A stretch of DNA of 35,671 nt from Desulfurococcales archaeon (lineage in GTDB: Archaea > Thermoproteota > Thermoprotei_A > CAZTBM01 > SZUA-1508). Below the pieces are notes generated by a model. That model searched no databases and was not told where the DNA came from. It worked only from the letters and a program-made list of their open reading frames with translations. The position numbers and the translations under genes were made by a program. How positions within the stretch are numbered: position 1 is the first letter of the stretch; the number at the start of each line of letters is the position of its first letter. The stretch spans positions 1 to 35,671 of the forward strand of contig DQVH01000010.1 in the NCBI GenBank assembly GCA_015661855.1, read 5' to 3'. Below are positions 9,518-18,072 of the stretch, one piece after another.

Positions 9518-10828
9518 GTGGTTCAAGCTGTAATCTTAGCTGCAGGTGAAGGTAAAAGGCTAGAGCCATTCTCATATACTAAGCCAAAACCACTAATACC
9601 TATACTAGATAGACCGCTAATAGACTATATAATAGAAAATCTAAGGAATGTGGGTGTAAATGAGATATTAATTGTTGTTTCACACTTAAAAGAGAAAATA
9701 ATGCAGCACCTTAGTAGTGGAGAAAAATATAATGTTAGAATACATTACATTGTCCAGGAGAAACCTCTTGGTACAGCTCATGCAATAAAAGCTATTAAAG
9801 AATACGTTAAACCACCATTCATAATATACTACGGTGACGTATTAGTATCACACCAATACTTACTGAAACTATTAAATCTTAAGAGTAAACATCACCTAGT
9901 GATACTCGCTACTAAAACTAAAACACCATGGGATTATGGGGTTTTAAGAGTTGAGGACAATAATGTAATAGACATTATTGAGAAGCCTGAAAAGGGTAAA
10001 GAGCCATCAAATCTAATTAATGCTGGAGTATACCTAGCAGATGAGACAATACTAAAATATGTAAACAAGATACATCTATCTCCACGAGGAGAATACGAAT
10101 TAACTGATGCAATAAAGTTAATGATTAAAAACGGCTACAGTACTTCATACGTAGAAGTACCACAAAGTGAATGGTTTGAATTAGGAAAGGTATGGGATAT
10201 ACTAGACATTAATAGGGAGTTTTTACAACGTAAACTTAAACAATACAAAAATGGAATAATTAAAGGTGATGTCAGTAGTAGAGCTACAATAGAGGGTCCA
10301 GTATATATAGATGAAGGAGCTAAAGTATTAAGTGGAGTATACATTAAGGGGCCAGCATACATAGGCAAAAATGCCGAAATAGGCCCTAACTCATATATTA
10401 GACCCTATAGTATTATTGGTAAAAATACTAGAATTGGAAATGCTTGTGAAGTGAAAGCAAGTGTTATAATGGATCATACTCATGCAGCACACCTAACATA
10501 TATAGGTGATAGCGTTATAGGTAGCTATGTGAATTTAGGAGCAGGCACAATAACAGCCAATTTAAGATTTGATAATAAAACAGTTAAAGTTAGACTTAAA
10601 GGTAAAAGAATTGACAGTGGTAAGAGGAAGTTAGGAGCATTCATAGGAGATTACGTTAAAACAGGTATAAATGTATCGATAATGCCCGGTGTTAAAATAG
10701 GTGCATATTCATGGATTGCTCCAGGAGCGGTAGTCTATGATGATATACCTCCAAGATCATTCTATAAACAGGTAAGTACGGTATTTAAAGTGGTTCCACT
10801 ATCTCTAAAGGAGGATAATATTAAGTGA
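9518..10828 (+). CDS. Bifunctional sugar-1-phosphate nucleotidylyltransferase / left-handed beta-helix acyltransferase (GlmU / ST0452-like)
   Basis: 436 aa with a GTG start. The N-terminus is AVILAAGEGKRLEPFSYTKPKPLIPI. The C-terminal half carries hexapeptide repeats (IGKNAEIGPNSYI..IGKNTRIGNACEV..IGDSVIGSYVNLGAGT). Confidence 0.8.
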   Translation: MVQAVILAAGEGKRLEPFSYTKPKPLIPILDRPLIDYIIENLRNVGVNEILIVVSHLKEKIMQHLSSGEKYNVRIHYIVQEKPLGTAHAIKAIKEYVKPPFIIYYGDVLVSHQYLLKLLNLKSKHHLVILATKTKTPWDYGVLRVEDNNVIDIIEKPEKGKEPSNLINAGVYLADETILKYVNKIHLSPRGEYELTDAIKLMIKNGYSTSYVEVPQSEWFELGKVWDILDINREFLQRKLKQYKNGIIKGDVSSRATIEGPVYIDEGAKVLSGVYIKGPAYIGKNAEIGPNSYIRPYSIIGKNTRIGNACEVKASVIMDHTHAAHLTYIGDSVIGSYVNLGAGTITANLRFDNKTVKVRLKGKRIDSGKRKLGAFIGDYVKTGINVSIMPGVKIGAYSWIAPGAVVYDDIPPRSFYKQVSTVFKVVPLSLKEDNIK

Positions 10829-12465
10829 CATTAGTTAGAGAGGCTAATATAATAGTAAAGGATCATAGGAAAATGGATTTAAAAGTAGTCATAGCCTACC
10901 CTTCAACATATAGAGCAGCAATATCAACTCTCTCAATACATATGCTCTATTACTACTTAAACTCCTACGAGAATGTTGTAGCTGAAAGAACAGTGTTAGA
11001 CCTAGGTAGAATTAGTACATCGTATATCTCGTTAGAAAGTAAAATTCCAATTAAAAAGTATGATATGATACTCTTTAGCGTTCACTACGAGTTAGACTAC
11101 ATAAACATAGTTGATATACTTTACAATTCAGGAATACCATTATATTCTAAAAGTAGAGGTGGAAAAGACCCGATAATAATTATTGGTGGACCTACAGTTA
11201 CAGCTAATCCTGAACCATTAGCAGAACTAGCCGACATAATAGTTATAGGGGAGATGGAGCAACCACTGGAAACAATAGTTAACGAGTATTTAAGTTCACA
11301 TTCGAAGAGAGATTTCTTAGATAGACTAGTTGGTAAAGAGGGTTTCTATATACCATCTTATGGTAGACATTATGTAAGAAAGTCATGGGTTAAAGACTCA
11401 ACATTAAAATCAGCAATAACACCTATAGAGCAAATTCAACCCCTAGAAGAAAAATACTATCCCATATATGGTAGAGCATACTTAATAGAGATTTCTAGAG
11501 GATGTGGTTTTGGGTGTAGATTTTGCCTCCTAGACTACATTTCCAGACCTCCAAGATATAAGGATTACAAGTTAATCCTTAACTCCATAAGTGAGGGTAT
11601 TATTAGAAATAATGTTGATAAAGTTGTACTAGTTTCATCATCCCCTTTAAGCCATCCCAAAGCCAAATTAATACTCAAATATATTGTTGATGAATTGCAG
11701 CTCCAACTCTCTATACCATCTTTAAGAGCTGATACACTAGATGAAGAAGTATTACACTTAATCCACCGTGGGGGACAAAAAACACTTACACTAGCACCCG
11801 AAGTTGCAGTAGATAAACTGAGAATGGCATTGAATAAGAAGATCCCTAATACACTATTCTTTAATGTAGTAAAGTGCGCATGGAATACCGGATTTAGAAA
11901 ACTAAAACTATACTTTCTATTTAATGTTCCGGGAGAGACAAAGAACGATTTAAATGCCATACCTAAGGTTATCAGTAAGCTAGCTAAAATAGGATACAAC
12001 TATACTGGAGCTATACATGTAACACTAAACCCGCTAATACCAAAAGCACAAACACCTCTACAGTGGATGCCCCTACCTTCACTTGAAGAAATACGCTATA
12101 AAAGTAAGTATCTAAAGAGCATATTAAGATCAAACATTGTAAAACTTGATATACTTAACCCGAAATTATCATACATACAAATGGTACTTTCCCTAGGTGA
12201 TAGAAATACACTAAAACTTATAACTAAATGGTTTACGTATGGTAAGGGGTTAAGTGGATGGAGTAGAGCTTTGAGAGAAGAAGGGACACTAGTAAAAAAC
12301 ATTATAAAAAGGAGACTAGATGAACCACTACCCTGGGATCACATAGATTTAGGCTTAGGCAAAGAGTATCTTAAAATAGAGTGGGATCTATACAGTAAGT
12401 GTGAGACGACACCACCCTGTACTACAGGATGTTCTAGATGTAAACTATGTGGAGAGCTGGGTTAA
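10825..12465 (+). CDS. Radical SAM protein with an N-terminal B12-binding-like domain (uncharacterised COG1032 / TIGR03960-like family)
   Basis: 546 aa. The GTG start overlaps the upstream stop (GTGA). The CX3CX2C motif is at 11503-11526 (SRGCGFGCRFC). N-terminal motifs VVIAYPSTY..., FSVHYELDYINIVDILYNSGIPL and IIIGGPTVTANPEP are present. A C-terminal Cys cluster reads CETTPPCTTGCSRCKLC. Confidence 0.8.
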   Translation: MTLVREANIIVKDHRKMDLKVVIAYPSTYRAAISTLSIHMLYYYLNSYENVVAERTVLDLGRISTSYISLESKIPIKKYDMILFSVHYELDYINIVDILYNSGIPLYSKSRGGKDPIIIIGGPTVTANPEPLAELADIIVIGEMEQPLETIVNEYLSSHSKRDFLDRLVGKEGFYIPSYGRHYVRKSWVKDSTLKSAITPIEQIQPLEEKYYPIYGRAYLIEISRGCGFGCRFCLLDYISRPPRYKDYKLILNSISEGIIRNNVDKVVLVSSSPLSHPKAKLILKYIVDELQLQLSIPSLRADTLDEEVLHLIHRGGQKTLTLAPEVAVDKLRMALNKKIPNTLFFNVVKCAWNTGFRKLKLYFLFNVPGETKNDLNAIPKVISKLAKIGYNYTGAIHVTLNPLIPKAQTPLQWMPLPSLEEIRYKSKYLKSILRSNIVKLDILNPKLSYIQMVLSLGDRNTLKLITKWFTYGKGLSGWSRALREEGTLVKNIIKRRLDEPLPWDHIDLGLGKEYLKIEWDLYSKCETTPPCTTGCSRCKLCGELG

Positions 12466-12468
12466 GTT

Positions 12469-12822
12469 ATGCGTAGAAAAGGATTAATGATAGAAATGGA
12501 TTTAGACGAGTTTAGAAGGAATTTTCCACACTTAGCAAGTGAAATTCTAGATGAGAAAGGAATTAAGATGAAAGTATACTTTAAGAAAGCTAAAAAGCAG
12601 AGTGATCCATGGAGAGGGTATAACCCAACAGTCATAGACTTTATACGTAGAGCTAGATGTGAAGAGGAAGCTTTAGAAGTAATAGATTTTATGGAGAAAC
12701 GTGGTGAAATATCAAAAGAGTATGCTGAGTCTCTTCGAAAACAGTTGAAAGAGAAAGGGTTAAAGTCTTTTGGTAGTTTTAAGGAGCCAGGTTACTACTT
12801 TAAGAAAGCTGGTATTGTTTGA
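12469..12822 (+). CDS. Small conserved archaeal protein of unknown function (possibly DUF2095-like)
   Basis: 117 aa. The ATG lies 3 nt after the radical SAM stop. The protein is charged and soluble (FPHLASEIL...DPWRGYNPTVIDFIRRARCEEEALEVIDFMEKRGEIS). The family name is from memory and is not verified. Confidence 0.5.
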   Translation: MRRKGLMIEMDLDEFRRNFPHLASEILDEKGIKMKVYFKKAKKQSDPWRGYNPTVIDFIRRARCEEEALEVIDFMEKRGEISKEYAESLRKQLKEKGLKSFGSFKEPGYYFKKAGIV

Positions 12823-12828
12823 TAACAT

Positions 12829-14046
12829 CTACTTTCTAGCTTTAGCTGCAACTATCTTTATTACATCATTATCTTTAAGTATATAATCTTCACCTAACCT
12901 CCTCTTACTTCTAGCATCAATAGCGTATAGGAAGGTTTTACCTAGATCGGTATGTATCTTGTAGGCGAGTTCTCTAGCAGTAGTCCCCCTCTTAACAAGG
13001 AGTGCATCAGGTAGAACTCTACCACTATGATCTGTAAGTTTATTATGGTCTTCAACAGGGTATACAACTATCATATCTAATAGTTTAAAGAATGCACTAT
13101 TTATTACCTGTTGAACTCCTGTAGAACCCCACACCTTTAGCACTCTTTCCTCAATGTACTTTAGTGCCCTCATTTGCTCATGAGTTAATAGATCTCTCCT
13201 AACTATTTCAAACGTTGGATCACCAGGAATATACTTTATTAATCCCTTATTAGCAGCTTTTCTAAGAGCTAACTCTGATAATGCTGAAACGGGTATAACT
13301 ATGCGATTACTTAGCTCATTTTGTAATCTTTTAATATTATCTATAGCCTCAGGTATATCAGCTTTATTAGCTGCAATTATTATTGGTTTAGCTATTTTCC
13401 TTATCTCACTCGCTATAATCTTTAGCTCTTCATCCCTAATACTACTAGCCTTAACGTTTTCAAGCTTTAAGTTCTTCAAAGCTTTAATGACAGCACTCCT
13501 ATCTATAGATAGTCCTACCAGTCTATCAGCTATTGCATCTTCAAGTTTCTTAACACCACTATCTACCTGTCTTACTAGTTTTTGCCAGTCCCTTCTCAAT
13601 ATTTGGTAAAGCCACATATCCACTTCTCTCTCAATACTTAAAACATCATCTAATGGGTCATGGGTTCCAGGTGGTACAGGCCTCCCTTCCTCATCTGTAC
13701 TTCCTGAAGCATCAATAACGTGTATTAGTGCATCAGCTTGCCTAATGTTGTCTAGAAACTTATTACCCAAACCTCTACCCTTATGAGCTCCAGGTATGAG
13801 TCCAGCGATATCAACAAGCTTAACGGGTATAAAGCGTTCACCATTAATACAGAGTGAATTTCTCGGATTATCTTTAACACCTAACTCTCTACATACACAC
13901 TTCTTCCTCAAATAGGCTATACCAATATTAGGCTCTATAGTAGTAAATGGTCTATTAGATATTTCAACATGAAGCATTGTAGCTGCAGCAAAGAAGGTAC
14001 TCTTACCAACATTGGTTTTACCTATAACACCAACTAATGGGGGCAT
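12829..14046 (-). CDS. Obg-like GTPase/ATPase of the YchF/OLA1 type with a C-terminal TGS domain
   Basis: 405 aa. P-loop GKTNVGKSTFF, G2 FTTIEPN, G3 DIAGLIPGA, G4 ANKAD. The C-terminal TGS-like segment is DYILKDNDVIKIV. Confidence 0.85.
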   Translation of the reverse strand: MPPLVGVIGKTNVGKSTFFAAATMLHVEISNRPFTTIEPNIGIAYLRKKCVCRELGVKDNPRNSLCINGERFIPVKLVDIAGLIPGAHKGRGLGNKFLDNIRQADALIHVIDASGSTDEEGRPVPPGTHDPLDDVLSIEREVDMWLYQILRRDWQKLVRQVDSGVKKLEDAIADRLVGLSIDRSAVIKALKNLKLENVKASSIRDEELKIIASEIRKIAKPIIIAANKADIPEAIDNIKRLQNELSNRIVIPVSALSELALRKAANKGLIKYIPGDPTFEIVRRDLLTHEQMRALKYIEERVLKVWGSTGVQQVINSAFFKLLDMIVVYPVEDHNKLTDHSGRVLPDALLVKRGTTARELAYKIHTDLGKTFLYAIDARSKRRLGEDYILKDNDVIKIVAAKARK

Positions 14047-14145
14047 ACTATAACACCATACTGCATCACTAATAAGTTACAGTCTCAGAGATAACTTTAT
14101 CTAAACACAATATGAATTAAACTAAGTAGCGGAGAGGAATAGGCT

Positions 14146-15081
14146 ATGAGCAGTATTAAAGTCTTAGTATCAGACCCAATAAGTGAGAATGCTATAAACC
14201 TTCTGAAAAGCAAAGGATTAATAGTTGATGAGAAGCCGGAAATATCACACGAAGAACTAAAAAGAATCATAGAGCAATACCATGTACTTATAGTTAGGAG
14301 TAGAACTAAAGTTACAAGAGATATAATAGACTCTGGAAGAAATCTAAAAATAATTGCGAGAGCAGGTGTTGGACTAGACAATATTGATGTGGAGTACGCT
14401 AAAAGTAAAGGTATAACTATACTTAACGCTCCAGAAGCACCAACAATAGCTGTAGCAGAACTCACAATAGGATTAATGATAGCTATAGCTAGAGGTATAT
14501 GTTTAGGGAATATGGCATTAAAGGAGGGTAAATGGATAAAGAAACAGCTAATGGGGTTTGAACTTTACGGAAAAACCCTCGGAATAATAGGGTTTGGTAG
14601 GATAGGTAAAGAGGTAGCTAAAAGGGCAAAAGCATTCGGTATGAACGTTATTGCAATATCAAGGAGGGATATAAGTAGGGAGGCTAGAGAGCTAGGAGTA
14701 GAAGCAGCTAAAGACCTAGACGACTTATTAAGAAAATCAGATATCATAACACTCCATGTACCATTAACTCCAAAAACATACCACATGATTGGTGAAAGAG
14801 AGTTCAGTATAATGAAGGATGGAGTTGTAATAATAAATACTGCTAGGGGAGCAGTAATTGACGGTAAAGCACTATTAAAAGCATTAAAATCAGGTAAAGT
14901 TTATGCTGCAGGACTAGACGTCTATGAGCATGAGCCACCACAGGAAGACTGGGAGTGGGAATTAATTAGACATCCAAGGGTTATAGCGGTACCACATATT
15001 GGAGCTCAAACTAGGGAAGCTCAAGAGAAAGCGGGAATGATAATAGCTGAGAAAATACTAAAAACACTAAACATAAAATAG
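14146..15081 (+). CDS. D-isomer-specific 2-hydroxyacid dehydrogenase (phosphoglycerate dehydrogenase / glyoxylate reductase family; no ACT domain)
   Basis: 311 aa. The NAD-binding motif is GIIGFGRIGKEVAKRAKAFGMNV. The catalytic region includes NTARG...D and PHIGAQT. Confidence 0.85.
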   Translation: MSSIKVLVSDPISENAINLLKSKGLIVDEKPEISHEELKRIIEQYHVLIVRSRTKVTRDIIDSGRNLKIIARAGVGLDNIDVEYAKSKGITILNAPEAPTIAVAELTIGLMIAIARGICLGNMALKEGKWIKKQLMGFELYGKTLGIIGFGRIGKEVAKRAKAFGMNVIAISRRDISREARELGVEAAKDLDDLLRKSDIITLHVPLTPKTYHMIGEREFSIMKDGVVIINTARGAVIDGKALLKALKSGKVYAAGLDVYEHEPPQEDWEWELIRHPRVIAVPHIGAQTREAQEKAGMIIAEKILKTLNIK

Positions 15082-15204
15082 CACATATAGTATTATTTGA
15101 AATACTACTCAACCTAGCGTTAGGAAAAGTAATATATACGACTCGCTTTTAGTGTAGAGTAAGGCGAATATGAGAAGGGAGTAGGTCAAAGGTGTAATAA
15201 AACA

Positions 15205-15843
15205 ATGTCAATGTATAAATATCTCCAACAACTATGGAAGAGACCATATGATGGAGAGTTTGGAGAAATACTCAAACAGAGATTGATAAAGTGGAGAAGA
15301 GAGCCATCCATAGTTAGAATAGAGAAACCAACAAGAATAGATAGAGCTAGATCTCTAGGATATAAGGCTAAACAGGGAATTATAGTTGTTCGTGTAAGAG
15401 TTAGAAAGGGTACATTAAGAAAGCCTAGACCAAATAAAGGTAGAAGACCTAAGAGAATGGGTGTCTATGGTCATACCCCAAGAAAAAGTCTAAGACTGAT
15501 AGCCGAAGAGAGAGCTGCAAGAAAATATCCAAACCTAGAAGTATTAAATAGCTATTACGTAGGTGAAGATGGAAGATATAAATGGTTTGAAGTAATACTA
15601 GTTGATCCACACCATCCAGTAATAAAGAGTGATCCAAACCTAAACTGGATAACAAGTAGAGTTCATAGGGGTAGAGTGTTTAGAGGATTAACATCCGCAG
15701 GAAAAAAGATGAGAGGTTTAAGGAAGAGTAGAGGATTAAGAGGAACACACAAGTATAAGTGGAAGAAGAAGCAGAAGGAGCGAAAACTTAGGAAACGACA
15801 TGAAGCATCAAGAGGAGCTCGTGTAATAAAGCCAGAAGAGTAA
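15205..15843 (+). CDS. rpl15e: 50S ribosomal protein L15e
   Basis: 212 aa. [12 protein letters not shown]...[32 protein letters not shown]. Confidence 0.92.
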   Translation: MSMYKYLQQLWKRPYDGEFGEILKQRLIKWRREPSIVRIEKPTRIDRARSLGYKAKQGIIVVRVRVRKGTLRKPRPNKGRRPKRMGVYGHTPRKSLRLIAEERAARKYPNLEVLNSYYVGEDGRYKWFEVILVDPHHPVIKSDPNLNWITSRVHRGRVFRGLTSAGKKMRGLRKSRGLRGTHKYKWKKKQKERKLRKRHEASRGARVIKPEE

Positions 15844-15899
15844 AAAGAATTGAAAGTAAATTGGATATTCGATCTAATTTAAACATTAGGTAGTTCTTA

Positions 15900-16358
15900 A
15901 TGGGGTATAGTGTTAAGTTAAAGGAAATAAGCTTTACCGTAACAGTTCATGCAACTGAAGATAAAAGTAAGGTTATCAAAGCTCTATTAGAACTAATACC
16001 CGAAAAGCTAAGGAAGAAAATTAGCATTACTGAAACAGCATATAAAGGATACTATGGAAACCCAATAACACTCTTATCAGTTGTAGTAAGGGGTAGACTT
16101 GCAACTGAGGTATTAAAATACATTATCGAGAGAATGGACGATACTAGTAAGAAAATTCTCAATGTAACACTTGATCAAAGAGTAGATCAAGCTCATAGAC
16201 TACACATGAGGTTTAGTAAACAAGAGGCATATCAAGGAAGACTAATACTATATGATGGCGATGACATAATAAAAGTTATTCTATCGTTTAAGTTTAAAGG
16301 AGGTATTGGAGAATTAAGAGAGTATCTAAAATCTATAGGGATGTTATCTAATGTCTAA
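15900..16358 (+). CDS. DUF54 / COG1325-type predicted RNA-binding protein ('predicted exosome subunit')
   Basis: 152 aa. It occupies the conserved position directly upstream of the RNase P protein genes in the exosome superoperon. It begins IS-FTVTVHATEDKSKV, like that family. The assignment comes from context and memory. Confidence 0.55.
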   Translation: MGYSVKLKEISFTVTVHATEDKSKVIKALLELIPEKLRKKISITETAYKGYYGNPITLLSVVVRGRLATEVLKYIIERMDDTSKKILNVTLDQRVDQAHRLHMRFSKQEAYQGRLILYDGDDIIKVILSFKFKGGIGELREYLKSIGMLSNV

Positions 16359-17115
16359 TAGAGGCTACATAGACCTCTACATAGAATTTACTAGTAAAAG
16401 TAAACAGGATCAAGTAGTTAGACTTCTTCAAGAACTATCCTCTCTAGGCTACACTGGTGCTGCTATAGCATGTAATATTGATGGTGAATTCTTAGACGAG
16501 AAAAAGATAGTGGAGTACTTTAACTTCACCACTAACTTAATAAGAGAAGTACGTAGCAAAAATGTTGATATAGAGGTATATCATAGACTCAACATTATAA
16601 GTGACAATATTAAGTTTATAAAAAAGGTACTTAGAAAGTTTAGGCGCTCATTTAACATTATAGGTGTAAATCCATGTAACTCCCTAAATGCCGCACGTTT
16701 TGCAGCTAGAGATAGACGAGTAGATGTAATATTTTTTAACCTTAAGGTTTTTTCTAAGTTCTTCGATGAATCTCAAGCTAAACTTATGAGCTCTACAGGA
16801 GTATTCCTTGAAATACCATTTAATAAGCTATTTAGAGGTAGAAGTTTAACATTACCATTTAGAGTACTCAGGAAGACACTACAAATAGCTAAAAAGTATA
16901 ACGTTCACATAGTTCTTTCATCAGCAGCTCACTCAATATTTGATATGATATCTCCACTACAGTTAATGTCAACTCTAACAGTGTTAGGTATAGGATTAGA
17001 TGATGTAAAATCATACCTTACATTAAACCCTAAGTTCATAATTGAACGTAGTAAACATAGAATGAGTAGAAATCACATAATACCCGGAGTTGACGTTATT
17101 GAAGGTGTACATTGA
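16351..17115 (+). CDS. rnp3: RNase P protein component 3 (Rpp30 homologue)
   Basis: 254 aa. The start overlaps the upstream stop (ATGTCTAA). The size and position before Pop5 fit, as do TIM-barrel-like strand motifs (DLYIEF, IIGVNP, DVIFFN, FLEIPF, HIVLSSAAH). Confidence 0.6.
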   Translation: MSNRGYIDLYIEFTSKSKQDQVVRLLQELSSLGYTGAAIACNIDGEFLDEKKIVEYFNFTTNLIREVRSKNVDIEVYHRLNIISDNIKFIKKVLRKFRRSFNIIGVNPCNSLNAARFAARDRRVDVIFFNLKVFSKFFDESQAKLMSSTGVFLEIPFNKLFRGRSLTLPFRVLRKTLQIAKKYNVHIVLSSAAHSIFDMISPLQLMSTLTVLGIGLDDVKSYLTLNPKFIIERSKHRMSRNHIIPGVDVIEGVH

Positions 17116-17675
17116 ATATGAAAATTAAAGAAATAATGTTAATTAATACAATTATAGCCTTAATAGTATTATCTACCCTAATATACCTTGTATTACAAGG
17201 ACTTATTGCTGAAGCAATAATTTCACTACTACTTCTAGCAGTCATAGCCTTAAATTATAGTATTACGAAAATCTATATGAAACTACGAAATTTGATTAAA
17301 GCCTACAATAAAATTATAGTACAGAAGAAAGAGTTGAAAGAGCTCCTTCGTAAACCTAGAAGGAGATATTTAATATTTAGAGTGGTAGCTGAGAAGGAAG
17401 TAGATAGAGAAAGTCTCAGAAAAGCTCTACTAACAAGATTCAGAGATATTATTGGGGATTTAGGTTTAAGCCAGGTAAATATAAAGCTTATACTATATGA
17501 GCCCAAAAGCGGCTATGGAGTATTAAGATATAATCATTTACATAGAGATTTAGTTCTCCTCTGCCTCGCCTTAATAAGGAACATTAACGGTACAAGGGTT
17601 TCACTTATCCCATATAGAACTACAGGTACAATAAAGCGTGCACAAGAAATACTTAAAAGTCTAATATTAGACTAA
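17112..17675 (+). CDS. rnp2: RNase P protein component 2 (Pop5 homologue) with an unusual hydrophobic N-terminal extension of about 55 aa
   Basis: The core RRRYLIFRVVAEKEVDRESLRKALLTRFRDIIGDLGLSQVNIKLILYEPKSGYGVLRYNHLHRD...TTGTIKRAQE is Pop5-like. The open frame continues upstream through two predicted TM helices to ATG 17118 / TTG 17112. An internal in-frame ATG at 17277 would give a protein of typical size (132 aa). Confidence 0.65.
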   Translation: MNMKIKEIMLINTIIALIVLSTLIYLVLQGLIAEAIISLLLLAVIALNYSITKIYMKLRNLIKAYNKIIVQKKELKELLRKPRRRYLIFRVVAEKEVDRESLRKALLTRFRDIIGDLGLSQVNIKLILYEPKSGYGVLRYNHLHRDLVLLCLALIRNINGTRVSLIPYRTTGTIKRAQEILKSLILD

Positions 17676-17683
17676 ATATATTT

Positions 17684-17747
17684 GGATGATGAGGTCGCTC
17701 CAGGTAATCGATACCGGCGGATGAGAGACTCGCGACGAGCTGATCAA
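17684..17747 (+). ncRNA. Box C/D sRNA (2'-O-methylation guide) no. 1
   Basis: C box AUGAUGA at 17686-17692, D'-like UCGA at 17708-17711, C'-like GGAUGA at 17719-17724, D box CUGA at 17740-17743. Flanking UUGG/UCAA can form a short terminal stem. Total length is about 60-65 nt. Confidence 0.65.
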
Positions 17748-17757
17748 CTAATAATAT

Positions 17758-17853
17758 TCTGCTGAAACCCGTAAAAGGCGATGTAATAGCTGATCTGCGG
17801 GCTCATATGTCATGGCCTAGCACCTCAATTTGAAGCCTTTTACGGGCAGCAGA
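17758..17853 (+). ncRNA. Candidate structured RNA or inverted-repeat element: a 7-bp plus 12-bp perfect stem with an AAA bulge, enclosing 55 nt
   Basis: 17758-17764 (tctgctg) pairs with 17847-17853 (cagcaga). 17768-17779 (cccgtaaaaggc) pairs with 17835-17846 (gccttttacggg). Every pair is Watson-Crick. The element lies between two box C/D sRNAs. The strand assignment is not established. Confidence 0.4.
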
Positions 17854-17867
17854 GGGTAAAGAAGAAT

Positions 17868-17928
17868 TATATGATGATTTACACCCCGATACTGATAAGC
17901 TGGTGATGTAAGGGTAGGTTGCTGATTT
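17868..17928 (+). ncRNA. Box C/D sRNA no. 2
   Basis: C box AUGAUGA at 17871-17877, D' CUGA at 17892-17895, C' UGAUGU at 17904-17909, D CUGA at 17922-17925. The guides are 14 and 11 nt. This is canonical archaeal double-guide architecture. Confidence 0.75.
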
Positions 17929-17969
17929 AATAAACAGCTTATTAACAACTTTTCTCAAAAATTCAATAC

Positions 17970-18036
17970 GGGATGATGACTACTCTACTCTTGTCGAAAA
18001 CGAAATAATATGTGATGGGGACTACCATCTGACCTA
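17970..18036 (+). ncRNA. Box C/D sRNA no. 3
   Basis: C box AUGAUGA at 17973-17979, D'-like UCGA at 17994-17997, C' GUGAUGG at 18012-18018, D CUGA at 18029-18032. Confidence 0.7.
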
Positions 18037-18072
18037 AGTAAGAGGGAAAATATTCCATGCTGAAATGAAATA

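Noticed and set aside
17758-17853. Interpreting the long hairpin as an H/ACA pseudouridylation guide.
   Set aside because: The uninterrupted 16-19 bp lower stem places any pocket too far from a 3' ANA box, when about 14-16 nt is expected. No clear upper stem with a K-turn or K-loop could be folded from the 55-nt interior.
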